This document shows, in pieces, positions 12,817 to 27,000 of a stretch of 64,000 bases of DNA. The notes under the pieces are model-generated. The model searched no databases, had not been told where the DNA came from, and saw only the letters and a list, made by a program, of their open reading frames with translations. The position numbers were made by a program, and so were the translations under genes. Source of the DNA: Amoebophrya sp. A120 (Eukaryota > Protista > Dinoflagellata); NCBI GenBank assembly GCA_905178155.1, contig CAJINV010000023.1, positions 594,806 through 658,805 of the forward strand, in the 5' to 3' direction. The stretch's first letter is position 1, and each line of letters begins with the position of its first letter.

Positions 12817-13680
12817 GGTCATGCAATACAAATTTTTTTGGAATCCGAAGACAGCTTCACAAGTTGCAAAAATCTTCCAGACCCAGACATATTTGCAATG
12901 CATATGTCCTCCTCGCTGCAGCTGGAACGGCAGAGGTTGCAGCTCAGACGGAGTATCAAAAGGAAAAGTCCCCCCTCCCCATATCGAAACGAAATTTCTG
13001 ATGCTGGATTTGGATACACAAATCAGCTTTGTGTTGCAGTAGAGGACTGCACGCAGATCCGGAGCCGAGGTGCGGGCCTTTTGGTGTAGGCGCCTAGCAT
13101 GGTAGACGGCTGGGCCCCTGTAGGCGTCACAGCATTACAAATCGCCTGCACGACGTAGCGGACGGCCTGCGTGTGTCTGCTTGCAAGACAGACCCGATTT
13201 GTGGCCACAAATCTGCATCACAAATTTCCAGGAGGATGCGCTTCCAATATGGGGAGGGGGGATTTTTCCTTGCAATACGGAGGAGCTCTTTGTTTGGGAA
13301 TATTTTGGTAATGTCTCGGCGCGGCCAACCGACGTGGTGTTGCAGAAATGCCGGCACATAGTTATGCATTGCAAATATCCCTGGATGTCTGGAAGGTTGC
13401 AACTTGTGATGCTGTCCCTGCATTTTAAAAAAATCTGCATTGCATGACCAGCAAGAGGAGTCCACTTTGTGCTACTTGGAGACGGCATTTCTCATGCGGA
13501 ATAGGCATCAGGAGGCCCTCTAAGAGTCTGTGATGCAGATGCTAGGTTATGCATTACAGGCGTCAGGGGAGGTCATGTAAAATTTGCGTGACAAGTCTCG
13601 CAATCTTCCAGACCCAGACATTTTTGCTGTTGATAAGAGTCTCGGCATACGAACAAAACTTTGCCTGCACGAGTGGCACT

Positions 13681-13889
13681 TATCCCACGAAAAAACTGTT
13701 TCACTGTGAACTTGTGATGCATAGAATGGAGCACACAGCTATTTGTCTTGCGACACATGCAAGACATCGGTTTTTTTAACGTGTTTTCCCTTAGGGAACA
13801 CGCATGGCAGGTTTTCTTGGTCATGTGTAACGAACTTGTAATGCAAAACTTGCCAGATCCTTACAGTGAAACACTTTTTTCGTGCGATA
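13681..13889. mobile_element. Introner family H (D-related; representative)
   Basis: Ends TATCCCACGAAAAAACTGTTTCACTGT...ACAGTGAAACACTTTTTTCGTGCGATA, flanked by GCACT/GCACT. Relatives at 4260, 11347, 47601 and 62847. Confidence 0.8.
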
Positions 13890-14514
13890 GCACTGGCGCC
13901 GCGTGTAATAATACTAGCGAGGAGGTGTGGGTCGACGGCGGGGAAACGGAGATCCAGGAAGATGTTGTACGGTTTCCGCGGCTGCTGTTCGGCGATATTG
14001 TCAATATGTGCGCTGTTGACCCGGAATGCCAAGCGATTGCCGACCCGGGCTGTGAGGGATTCAACTCCCTCGCGGATCACAGAACCTGGTATCCTCAGCA
14101 AATAAAACAAAGCCCGCGCAATCATGTCGCCCAAAGTCAATGATTTACATACTTTGAGAACAACCTACTAGCAACACAAGTACATCAGAAGTTGTTTCAG
14201 AGTCACGCATGTAGTTGACATCAAGCTCCCCGCGCTTGCATTTTCGTGCAGTTCATCGGAAAGGACATCCGTGGATCTTCTTCACAAAGCCGTGTCCTCA
14301 TCGTGCTCGTGCTCGCTGTCGATTTACTTTTCCATCAGTGTAGCTTACAAATTATGCCAAAACAGAAACACGGTTGGCAATGTCTCCTTAACATGGGGGC
14401 GCACGTTAGAAATGTTTTGGTTGACAAACCAGAATCTCAACTACGCCCCTTTGCCTCCACGTTTAGGCAAAAGAAACGCCCCAACGTCGACCCCGACGTC
14501 CCACCTTCGGCACC

Positions 14515-14555
14515 GTTTAGGCTTAGGGGTCAGGGTCTAGGGTTTGGGGTTCAGG
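14515..14555 (+). repeat. Degenerate telomere-like heptamer tract (TTTAGGG-like)
   Basis: GTTTAGG CTTAGGG GTCAGGG TCTAGGG TTTGGGG TTCAGG: about six degenerate 7-mers. Confidence 0.5.
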
Positions 14556-15008
14556 TCGTCGGACAGGGCAGCCGCCGCCGGCCGGACGGCCGGCGGCGGC
14601 TGCCCCGGCCGACTCCGGCTTGCTCATGGTAGCTGGCGGCCCCCTGGTATGAAACTTCAACAGATTTCGCGGCCGGGAGATGATGGCGACGGCGCCTCGG
14701 TGCCCGCCTGACCTACCCTCCCTGCGTGACAGCCGTCTGCGGCCGTTTGCAAAGGTGGAGGCAAAGTGTTTCGCACTTCTGTTTAGCATGACAACTCTGG
14801 GGCTCGTTATGTTGGACACAGTGGCCGGGAGATGATGGCGATGGCACTTCGGTGTCCGCCTGATCCATCCGCCCGGCGTCTCAAGCCATCTGTGGCCATG
14901 GTGTAACTAATGAGGGGCTGCAAGTGGTGCAACCAAGGCGTGGTCCTACATTTATTTGTTTAGCATGATGACAACTCTGGCCGGGTGGGGACGTTTTTAC
15001 TCAGGATA

Positions 15009-18000
15009 CCCGGATAACTGACGCAATCAGTGCAGGCGCGAGCGCTAGCGTGAATGCTTTCGAGGCTGCCAGACACCTGCGGGCCACCCCGCAGCTAGTG
15101 CACTTCTACCGGCACCGAAGACCCCCGACTGTGACAGCCCCTATCGCCGACTTTTGGTTTCCGAGGAAACTGCGGCTGTGTCCAGCCTCAGAGATGGAAG
15201 CTTTGTTCAGCGCAGTTGGAACGGGGCAAAACGAGGCGTGTGGATGGAAGAAAAAAACGGTAACGCTAAGTCAGGCACAAGCTATCGTAAGGAGAAATCC
15301 CCCCTATCCATATTATCGAGACGAAGTTTCTAATGCAGGAATTCCGTATACAACCGCGCGCTGTCTTGCAGTTGTAAGGCAGCGCAGCCAGATCCCCAGT
15401 CTAGGTAGGGGCGTTTGGGTTTACGCCTAGTTGTTTAGCATTACAAACGGCTGTCCCCTAGGCCCAACAGCATGCCAAATCGCTTCCATAGTGGCAAGGA
15501 AGCCTCTGCGCTTGTCTTCTTGGAAGACAGACGGGATTTGTGGTCTCAAATCAGCCACGCAAATTTTCGCGGCCATACCTTTTCAACATGGGGAGCGGAG
15601 ATTTTTCCTCCCAATACAAGCCGTGAATTCGTTTGGGGGAAAGTACGTGTGTGTGGGCTGGTTGGATGAAGATGAGTGCAAGGCCAAGGAATCGTCACTC
15701 GGAAGCCGCGTGAAGTGGACTAATGGCAACAACGAATTTCTTTCCGGCATAAACGGCTTGGACATGAAAGTAGACAATGAAAACGACTGCAAGTGTGTGC
15801 AGATATCAAGTGCAAATATGTCTGGGCCTGGGAAAATGCAGGTTTGTCATGCACGTCCTGGACCGCGTCTGTGGCCTGCAATCAAATAGTGCGCACAAAA
15901 GCAGCACAAGTCATCTTTCGCATGCTTTCTAGAAATGCCTCCTATCCCGCATGTTTCTCGTCACAAGAAGTGGGCGACTATCGGTGCGCATGCAACACAG
16001 ATTTTTGTGTCCTCCTGAATTTGCATCACAACTTCACATGTTTCCAGAGGAGCCAGACATATTTGCAATCGATAGCAGAAGCTGACGTACGATCCAATGG
16101 AGTATTCCTGGGACCTTGTCGGCCTATCATACGTAAAAACGTCTGCACGCCATAGTCAAGTTGGCAAATCTGCATAGACAAATCAACAAGTTTTGTGAGT
16201 TTATGCATGACAAGATTCCATCTCTCTGTAGTGTACTAGTGCTGTTTGGCAAGTCCAGCCGCATTACAAAGACGCCTGCTTTTTATCCTGATGTTTTCAG
16301 AGTTCTATGATCTTCCTAGAACGCGACTACAAATCCCCCTCGTGCGGATGTGCATTTACCAGGTCTTTCTGTAGATGCAAATGATCTGCATGAGAACTAC
16401 GGGGTCGTGGGGACGTTTTTGCATAGGATACGGCCTCGAGGAAAATTATGACCCAGCTGTTATTGATGCCGATTGGTGTCAGACGCGGCAGCTCGACCAT
16501 TCCAATTCCACCTTGAGTCACGGAGTGCAGCAGTTTCTTGCTATCAGCCCCTCGGACGCAGCGTCACTCACCGCCTTGAAGTATGAGAAGTCGAGCTACG
16601 AGAACATCAACAACTTAGTCAAGGTCATTAGGAGTGAACAGTTTGAAGGGAGCTACGGCGTGACCCCTTCCCCGGCGGAAGACATCAAGGCTAAACTTGA
16701 GCCATCAGGAGCTTACTCGGAATATTTGTGCGTGATGCGTGTGCCCAAACCCACAATAGACGGGGCGGCAGACCTTCTTACCGATCTCGCAGTGGGGGCG
16801 GGGTTAGTCCCGCCTTCAGGGGATGCACTCCCCAAACAAAAGTCCTACGCGTGTGTGACCCCAAAAACCAACGGCACCGAAACAGACCCGGCGGTATTTT
16901 ATGGTTGGTGCTTGGAGGAATCCATCAAGTCCGACTACCCCAGTATCTTCTTCACGAAGGGGCACAATGCGAATTTCGAGAGTAGCGGTCGCCTCGTTGG
17001 CGGTGGTGATACGCAGACTTGCATGTGCTTGCAGAAATTACCGATCGCGGTCGAGGAACACGCCTGGGTGCCGTACGGAGTCAATTTTGGAGATGCGGGC
17101 GAAAGTGATTCGACCTACACTGACGACTGGTGTCGGGAGCAGCAGCGCCAGAATCAAACGTTCGTTTTTGCCAATGGAGGCACGGTAACGTCAAATAATG
17201 ACCTTTCCAACTTCAAACGGGAAGACAGGACACCGATCAGTGCGGATTATCAACTGCAAATATGTCTGGGTCTGGAGATTTTTGCAAGTTTGTCATGCAT
17301 ATTTTGGATCACGCAGCTGCTCTGAAATGCGCGCAAGAACATTTCAAGTTTTGTTCAGGTCTCCTGCAGATGCCTATTCTGCATGAGAAACTTGCTATTT
17401 GCATAGCGAAAGCGCTTTTAGATAGTACTCAATTTGGATTCTTCCAGACCCAGACTTTTTTACTTTTAAATTTTCTAGTCGTTCTCTTCCCTGTGCTGTA
17501 CAACGGTCTTGTTTCCAGACAAAACACCAGACATATTTGCATTTGATACAGCTGTGCCGGATGACAAAAAGGACACATTGTTGAACTGCCTCAAACGGAA
17601 GGACATGATGTTGTACGCTGGGCAATCTGGGTTGCTGGGCTGTTACTTTCCCCACGACGATAGGATGTCTCAGACGGTGAAGAGAAGCAATGCGACAGAA
17701 AAGTACTCGCTCACGAATCTAAAAGACGAACTAAACCTGTGCTTAGGCGACGACAGATGCTGTTACGTGCGCGTTGTAGTTCTCGGCGATTCGGAGGACT
17801 ATTTGTATGAGCGGCGCGGTTATCCGAAGGACGAGTGGGAGCAACTCAGCTTTGCACGCTGCATGGTCAACAAAAATGTGAATGGGCTGGATTACATGCG
17901 TCACTTCTACTCCTACAGAGACGTATCCAAGAAAAAAACTGCGTTCGTGTAACTTTCTTGAAGGAACAGCATGACAAGTTTGCACTGCATGACACAGTAG

Positions 18001-21000
18001 AAACCCTGTCATGCGTAGCTAGTATCAGTGAAAACACGTACGAAAAGAGCCTCTGGCGCATGTCCAGCATGACAGGTGTAAATGGCTTGCATCGTCTCCT
18101 GCAACACAAATTTACACTTACGCAGTTTTTTTCTTGGATAAGACGTCAGCGACATGTACACCGACTGCGTGGAAGTGACAGGGTTCGACGAAGGACCCGA
18201 TACCGACGTGCTATCGAGTGAAGCCGGGAGCCTTATTGTGAGGAAAAATCCCCCCTCCCCATACTGAAAGCGCATCCTTCTGAAAATTGCAATTTGTGAT
18301 GCAGCAGATTGGGGCAGGTGGCCACAAATTCATATCCGGTCTGTCATGCAAGAAGACAAAGGCAGAGAGTCCGCCGCGTCATTCAGGCGATTTGCAATGC
18401 TGCAAGGCCTACAGGACAGACGTCTGCCATGCTAGGCGCCTACACCAAAAGGCCCCTGCCCACCCTTGAGATCTGCGCGCGGTCCTTTACTGCGAGACAA
18501 GTTCGCTGCGTGTACACACGTGCCGCGTCACAGATCTCCACTTTGGTATGGGGAGAGTGGATTTTTCATTTTGATATGCCTCGGAGACTGCTACAGGAAC
18601 TGCGCCTACGAGGAGGGCTGCGTCGGCTTCACTTACCGACTGGAAAATGCAGGAGAGTTTCCGTGCAAACTCAAGAAGACTCTTGACAAAATATGACAGC
18701 GCACAATCCCCCTCTCCCTCCTCCCCCTCATTTGTATAGCAAGAACAGCAATACAAACACCACCACACATGGAGCCTATGAATGACAAATTTGTGTACCT
18801 AATGTTTTACCGTTTAGGCTTTCGGAATTAATATTTACATTGCTTGACTTCCGGGTTCTGGTAACGCATACCCCCGGCGACAGGTGACCTTGACAGGCGA
18901 CCTTGACAGGCGACCTCGACAGGTGACCTCGACAGGTGACCTCGACAGGTTACCTCGACGGGTGACCCTGACAGGTGACCTTGAGAGGTGACCGCGACGG
19001 GTGAACGCCCTGCCTTCCCCCACTAGTGCTTCGCGCACTAAGCCACTATGCGCGCGCCTGGTGTGAGGCGAGGGGCGGACGCTGTCCGCCCCGATGCCGA
19101 ACACCCTTCCCCCACTAGTGCTTCGCGCACTGAGCCACCACGTGCGCGCCTGGTGTGAGGCGAGGGGCGGACGCTGTCAGCCCCGATGACGAACACCCTT
19201 CCCCCACTAGCGCCACTAGGGACGGGCACAAGGCCCCAGCGTGGGGACCCTGTCCCCACGCTCGGGTGGGCCTTGTTTGTCATACAACAAGCAGTGCTAC
19301 AAGGCAGCGACTAAATTTGGGATTTTGCATTACAAATGAGGGGGAGGGGGGGTTTGCACTGTCATACAAAACCGCTGTCGCCGATGTTGGTGTTGCTCCG
19401 ACGTTGTACTATGCTATCACATTGAAAAGTGCCCCCACCCCAGACGTTTCAAACGTTTTTGTTGCAAGGATTGCAAATGAAAACTTTTTGATTCTGTCTT
19501 CCAGGTTTGGAGGAAGACTATCCCTGCTTCCAATTCCAAGTCGGCAAAGCAGCTTTTGCCTTACAAGCCTCACCTGTGCTGAGTCTTTTTGCAACACAGA
19601 TTTTTGCTTTCCTGTCGTGAAAATTTGTCACGCCGATACATGGAAAGTGGCAAATGCCTCCGGCGTTGGGAGCTTTGCAAGACAAACATTTCCATACTCT
19701 GGGGTGGGGGCACTTTTCATTGCAATATACGCCGAGTACGCTTCGGTGCGGATGACAAGCGAATGTCGTGCGCAGTATCAAGAAGAAGAAAAATCACCAC
19801 TTCTCATATCAAAACGGAAGTCTGTGATACAGAGTTGTGGTCCCAAATCAGCTTTGTCTTGCGGAAACGAACCGGAGGCGCATGCTGGGCCTGTTTAGGT
19901 TTCTACTAGTCTAGCTCTTCAGCATGATAGACGCTGCTGTCGTAGGCTAAACCGCATTACAGATGGCAGAGGCATTTGCGTACACAAATCAGCAGCACAA
20001 ATTTCCTTGTGGTACATTTTCGATATGGAGAAGGGGCTTTTTTCAAGTTTATACGCAGGTGAAGGCCCCTTGGGGAGTGCTCGCGACGCTGCATTACCTG
20101 GAAAACTATGAACTTCACCTAAACCCGAACTATGAAATGTAAAAATGTCTGGGTCTGGAAACTTGTGATGCTGGTCGGCGTATCATGGAGAGGCCACAAG
20201 TGCTGGCTCAGCATGACAAGGTTTTGAGCCTCTAGGTGTTGCCTATTCTGCATGACAAGCTGCGTTTCTGCATGACAGCAGAGTGGGGCTCTTGCGTAAC
20301 GTGCATGACAGATTCAAGAGTCATGCCAGACAAGCATGACAAACATGCACTCTTCCAGACCCAGACATGTTTGCATTTGATACGAACTACGAATGCGCAA
20401 CAGCAGTGGGGGCAAAACTTGAAGGCGGCCTGAACTTTAAAGCACAGGATCGCATCGATGGCAACGGGTACCACAGGGACGTGACCAACATTTTGGATTG
20501 TTACATGTGGTGCGCACGGGAAGCTGGCAGTGCGGGCGTGGAAAAGTATCAAAATGAAAAAACTTCCCCCCTCCCCGTATCAAATTGGAAATCTGTGATC
20601 ATCATGCGGGATGTGTTTACACAAATCAACTTTGTGCTGCAGTAGAGGACTGCAGGCAGATACAAAGCTTGCGCAGGGCCTTTTATTTGGTGTAACTGCC
20701 TTGCATGGCAGAGGCAGTCTTGTCCTCTGCGCGCCATACAGCATTACAAATTGCGTGCAAAAGGCGGCGGAGTCTCTGGCTTTGCCTTCTTGCAATACAG
20801 AGACGATCTGTGGCCACAATTCAGCGTTGCAAATCTTCAATAGTGCTTCCTTTCAGTATCTATGGGGAGGGGGGATCTTTCCTCTCAATAAAAAGTGCGA
20901 CGGATTTACGTTTGACGGTGCTGGCGAGAGCTCTGCTGGATCTGCCAGACGCTGCCAGCCAATATGAAAGTGCACGACTCTCGCACACTCGCCGCTTTTG

Positions 21001-24000
21001 AATGGCATCCGCAGAAAAAGTAAGAGGCAGTGGCAGAAATGTGGCTTCCGCATGACATCAAACCGTCGCACAAGTTGTATCACTGGTTGAGGTTGTACTT
21101 GTTCCGAAATTTGTCATGCGGATAGTGCTGAAAGGCAACATGTGGATTCGGTACTTTGCGCCACCAATGAAGGGGAGTAGGAGTGGTCGTTCAATCTCAT
21201 AGCAAAAGAGGTGCCTACACAAGATGTGTGATACTGCTGGCGGAAATGGGAAAGTGTCGTACGCAGACGGGACGGAGCTTATGCATTGCAGAGATGTCTT
21301 TGTCTGTGCCCGGAAAGTAGGTGCAAACTTATGATGCGGATGCTGAAAAAGGCAAGAATTTGTGTTGCACACCAGCAAGCAAAACGTGTGCGATTTTTGT
21401 GTCCAGGCGGGGAGGATCGACTTTTCGTTCTTTTGCGGCCTCCGACTCGGTATGGAATTATCAACGCTTTTGTATAATTTCTCATGCTCTGTGATGTGCA
21501 TTTCAAACCACGTACTTCTACTGCTGTTGTTCTCTTCCAGACCCAGACATTATCTTTGCATTTGATAGAACTCACTGCTGTGCTATTGGTGGATGCAGAC
21601 GGCGATGCTGATGCCTCCACGTCTTGCCGAACGTCTCTCCTCGCGAGCGCGGGAGACATTTATGCATTGCAAATCAGAAGTCCGGGTCTGGATCTGGAAG
21701 AGTTGGAACTTGTAAAAATGCGGATTCTGGAAGAGGCAAAAATTTGTACTGCATAAGCACCAAAAGGAGCTTCCCAATTGTTCTTGCTACGTCGCCAATA
21801 GGGCATCATTTCTGATGCGGGATAGACATCAGGAGGCCTCCTGCGCAAAACCTGTAATGCGTTTGCGTGCATTAGAGACCAGACCAGTTGCTCGATCCAA
21901 AAGATGCATGACGAATTCCTGCAACCCTCTTCCAAACCCGGATGTATTTGCATTTGATAAGATTTCCACCACAACAACCACAACAACGTCGCCGCTGATC
22001 CAGTTTGCCGAGACGTTTATTCTGTGTAAAAACGTCCCCACAGCATAGTCATCAAGTAAGTTGGGAGCCCTGCAAGACGAATTCAGAAGTTTTGGAAGTC
22101 AAGCATGACAAGTTTTTCATCTCTTTACTTATTGTAGTGCAGCTTCGCTTAGGTCGCAAGACATAATCACGAAGCCAGCTCCTTATCCTGTTTACAGCAT
22201 TACAAATTCCAAAACGTGATGGAGTATGCCTCACATGGGAATGCGCATTACATACAAGGGTGGGTGCCTGTAATTGCAAATCTGCAGGACAACTCTGGGG
22301 TGTGGGCCCCGCTTTTGCTCAGAATAACGTTTTTGAAGTCCTCATGTCGAAACCCACTCGGCCCCTCCCGTCCGCCAATGCCGGATACTCTTGGGTACAC
22401 AGAGCAGCGGCTACCAGCGAAGTGGAATTTCAAGCAGGTAGCGTGCGGTGGCTACGTGGCGTCGAAGTTTCCGCTTGACGGACAAAAAAAGACTGTTGGT
22501 AGGACTTTGGTCGATCTGTCCGACGTGCCCATTGGTTCCTCGTTGCTGTCCGCAGACAAGTATCCTGTGTAAAAACGTTCCCACCCCATAGTTGTCGCGC
22601 AAATAATTTCCATATTCAGGAACGTTTGTCATGCGCATCCCCACAAGACGCATTTTAGTCGTGTTTTGGCATTTGTAATGCTGTAAACAGGATAAGAAAC
22701 CGTACGGATTTATTACGAGGCGGCATTCCTTGCTAACCTGCACTACAACAAAGAAGAAAACTTTCCATGCGTGACTTCCAAAACTTCTAGCTTTGTGTTG
22801 CAAAGTTTCCACGTTGTCCTTGCCTCTGGGGTGGGGACGTTTTTCCTCAGGATAAAGAGAACAACGTAACCATGTCCACGCGACTGCCGACCATGCGCAG
22901 CCTGTTCGAAGTTTGTGCCAAAGGCTGCTCCCACCCCACAGGGCTGACGCGGGGAATGGAGATACTGAAGGTGAACGAGCGCGATGCTACGACCAATGTT
23001 GACGCAAAAAAGTACCAATGTGCTTGCTATCATGCAGCTGGGCAATTGAACAACCGGATCGCTGCATTGGACAGTATCGAGAAGATGGACGCCTCGGGTG
23101 CACTTGCTGCGGGCACAAATTGCATAGATCCGACGCAGGGAGAGCGTGTAGACATCACACCGAGCGACGGCACCTCTGCTTCTAGTGCCATCACCGACCT
23201 GGCAACAGTCACTGACGGGACAAACGATGTCGCGTTTCAGGTTGGCAATTACCAGAAACCCGGCAAGAAAGATGATAGTTCGAACGCGTGCGCAGATACT
23301 GATGACAAAAAGGAACTTGGCCAGTATTGCAAGGAAAAATCCCCCTCCCCATATTGAAAACATGTCCTCCCGAAAATTTGTGACGCAGATTTGTGACCAC
23401 AAATCCTCTCTGTCTTGCCAGAAGGCAAATCCAGAGAGCCCGCAAGCGGTTTGTAATGCTGTAAGGCCAACAGGGCAGAAGTCTGCCATGCTACGCCCCT
23501 ACACCAAAAGGCCCATCCTTAGGCTCGCGATCTGCGTGCGGATCTTTCCTGGAACACAAATTTGATTTGTGTACACAAATCCCGCATAACAGATTTCCGT
23601 TTTGATATGTGGCGGGGGCTTTTTTCACCTTGATAGCCAGACGTGCCCGTTTATCCAAATCGACCTCGGCGCATCAGTATCAGAAGGAAAAATCTCCCCT
23701 CTCCATATCGAGACGAAGTTTCTGATGCTGGATTTCTGTACATAAATGCGCGCTGTCTTGCAATACGGCATCGCAGCCGGATCCTCAGCCTAGTTAGGGG
23801 CGTTTGGGTCTAGGTGTTTAGCATTACAACGGCTGCCCCCTAGGCCCAGAAGCATGCTAAACCGCTTCCACAATGGCGCGGAAGCCTCTGCACTTGTCTT
23901 CTTGCAAGACAGTCTCAAATCACCAATACAAATTTCCGGCGACATACCTTTTCGATATGGGGTGGGAGAATTTTTTCTGTCAATAATCAGACAAGTTTGT

Positions 24001-27000
24001 TTCGACAGTAACTATATCAAGTTCAAATATGTCTGGCTCTCGAGTGTTGTGACGCATGTGAGTGAATAATGATCGCGCTGTAATGCGCCGCCAAGCATGA
24101 CAAATTTTTTCGTAGATCTGTGTTGTGTATTCCGCGTCAGAAGTTGCGTCTTGCATGACAGAAAAGAAGATCACTTTGGGGCCTCACAATACACAGTTCC
24201 GAGGCATACCAGACTAGAATGACAAATCTCGCAATCTTCCAGACCCAGACAGCTTTGCACATGATAAACTATCAGAGTCGCCTACACGCCACAGGACGTG
24301 CGCAAGATGTTTTTTACGTACCCCAAGCCTGTTGATGAGACCTGTACGGGCGCGGGGAATGCCAATGAGATTGGAGACACTGCTTATGCATTGCATATAT
24401 GTATGCGTCTGGAATGGTTGACTTTGTTGTAATACATGTCTTGCATTCTTGGAAAATCTGTGTTGCATGGGCAGCAAGTGAGCAGCTTTCCTTGTCATGC
24501 AAAAACGCAATTTCTGCTGCGTGTTGCGTACCAGAAACCGTGGCGAAAGCTTGTCATGCTTGGCTGCCATTGCAAGCGTTGCAATCATGCGCAATTCATA
24601 ATTACAAGCTTTCCAAACCCAGACATATTCGCACTGGATACTGCTTCTACGGAAAACACATGGGGAAACGGCGAAGAGGACGGCGATCCGGATATACCGT
24701 GTAAAAGCGTCCCTACCCCAGAGTTGTCAGTTTCTCTTTTATTCCCAACAAAGTTTGAAACTTCTCTGTGCTTTCATTTGGTCTCTTCCTTCCAATACAT
24801 AAAACACTCCAGAGTTATCATGCAGATTTGCAATGACGAGAACATTTGTACCGCGCATCCCAATGATAGGCATTTCCAATGGTGCTTTGGGATTCGGAAT
24901 GCGGTAAACAGGAAACAAGGCAGCTGGATTCGTCATGCGGCTGTCCTTACTAACCTGCACTAAAATCGGCACTGCAACTCGTCCTGCGCTACTCCCAAAA
25001 CTTCTAGCCTTGTGTTGCAAACACCGCATCTTGACTGATTCCGGAATGGGGACGCTTCTACTCAGCATACCGAACCGCGATGCGGGGTTTCGGGTTCTTT
25101 TGACTTCTGTCGAACGCAGCACAGACTGCTCTTCATCGTCTGGCGGTAAGTGTTACGCGTCTAGTGTGGGTGATAGTTGTCCCGTGCCTGCTGAAGATAC
25201 AATTTGCGAGCACGTGAAAGCCGAGGAAAACTTGAAGGGCCTGTCTCGGTTTGTTAATGGTCCATCAGATGAGTATTACGAGGCCAGCATCGACTGCCGA
25301 GGTAAGAAGGGGCAGTACGTGATTTTAGAGCTTCCCGGCTCCCCGAGCGGCCAGGTGACTCGAGCGCTCGCTGTGACCGAGATCAGGGTGATGAGCTACC
25401 CGTACGCATCGACGCAATCTCTGTCTTATTTCTTTGAAGCCACTCCCTCCACCGAGATGGAAGACATCACTCCAGACGAGACAGGAGTCACGGCCTCGAC
25501 CGTATCCCAAAGAAAAGCACACCCATAGTACTCGAAAAAATGATGCTAGTGGACAAAGTAATTTGATATGTACAAACGAGTTTTGTTCTGTACATTAAAC
25601 TCCAAGTAGTGCTCATTTTGATTTCTGTTTAATTTTTGATTTTGAGGCACGAATAGTATAGCAGCACAAATCTATGATATTTTTTTTTCTGGTAGCGACG
25701 TTCTGGTGGCAAGACCGACGGTCTGACCTTTGCACAGCACAGAGAAAGGACCGACATATTAAAATTGAAAAACCCCTATAATGGCATGCGAATTGGGGAG
25801 AGACTTTCTTCTTTGCTTGGGTGTACTTTTCTGTAGGATGCAGCGAAGCAAATGGTCAGTGCACGGCCTCCAAGCTCTTGAATGTAACGTCTGACGGCTA
25901 CGTGGAAACTTCTACGTTCGCAGACACAGGTCGCACTCTGCGGTGCCCCTGGTTCCAGCTTGACTTGGTATCACATGCAAATATGTCCGGGTCTGGACGA
26001 CTGCTGACTGTGTCATGCAGCGACTAGCATGTTGACAGATCCTGTGAGGCCTTTAACTTTACGATACTTTATCCTGCATGAGAAACTTCCTCTTAGTTTG
26101 ATCAAAAGTCGTGGGCAACTTCTGGTAGTCACGCAAGACAGATTTTTGTGCGACCGACAGGACGCATCACAAGAATCCTAGAATTTTCCACAACTACACC
26201 CACACATAGTTGCAACGCATACTTGGGTGAAGGAGGCCAGTACGTCTCGAAGGTCGACATCACGGCGTATTGTGCGGAAAAATCCTCCCTCCCCGTACAT
26301 AAAAGGAAAACTTGTGATGTAGATTTGTGGTCACAAGTCACTTCCTCCTTGCAAGAAAAAGAATGCAAGCGCCGACGCGAAAGTGTGCGCCGCATTATGG
26401 AGGCGATTCGCGACGCTGTTGAGCCTACAGGTTAGGCTTTCCCCATGCTACACAGCTAGGCAATTACGCCCCTAGAGAGGCTGAGAGTCTGGCTGCAGTT
26501 CCTTACAGCAGGAGAAACCTTTATTTGTGTACGCAGTCGCAGATCCAGCATCAGAGACATTTTTCTTTCCATATGGGGAGGGGGATTTTTCATTTTCATA
26601 CGGCGGAGCTGCGAGCTGAGGCCGGTGCCGCAAATGTAAACAGCGATATCTTGCGCGAACTTTTTTTTGTATATGACTCACCTCCGACATCCAACAACGA
26701 CTTGGCCGACAACGAAATATCCTACAGAAAAGAAAGGCATCCGAGCAAAAAAAATTTGTTGAATTCGTGTTGCTATGTTCGTTTTCGTGACACTAAAAAC
26801 TCTGTATTTCAGAGACCACAAGAAAGGACTTCTGGAGGTTAGACGGATCGAGGTCGTGCCACACATGTTTGCCATGCTGAACATCCAAAGAAGGTTTGCT
26901 TGTGGAACCAAAAACGAAAGCGTCGCGACTGCATTTTCTCCGGTTGTGCGGCTGTTGTACTTTTCTGTGCGATACGATGCTACGGATAGTAGTGTCGCCG

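Larger units (their letters stand above)
10896..14140 (-). pseudogene. Multi-exon minus-strand gene or relic, possibly alpha/beta-hydrolase (ABHD17-like) N-terminus, apparently disrupted
   Basis: Spliced frame MTLGDMIARALFYLL...RVGNRLAFRVN...TRAGKVLFVCRDxVPAFLQHH...LSCNLCRSSCSEED...DARRLP* stops near 12140. Further in-frame exons at ~11960-10896 end ...QLLRAAA*. The family assignment rests only on weak N-terminal resemblance. Confidence 0.35.
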
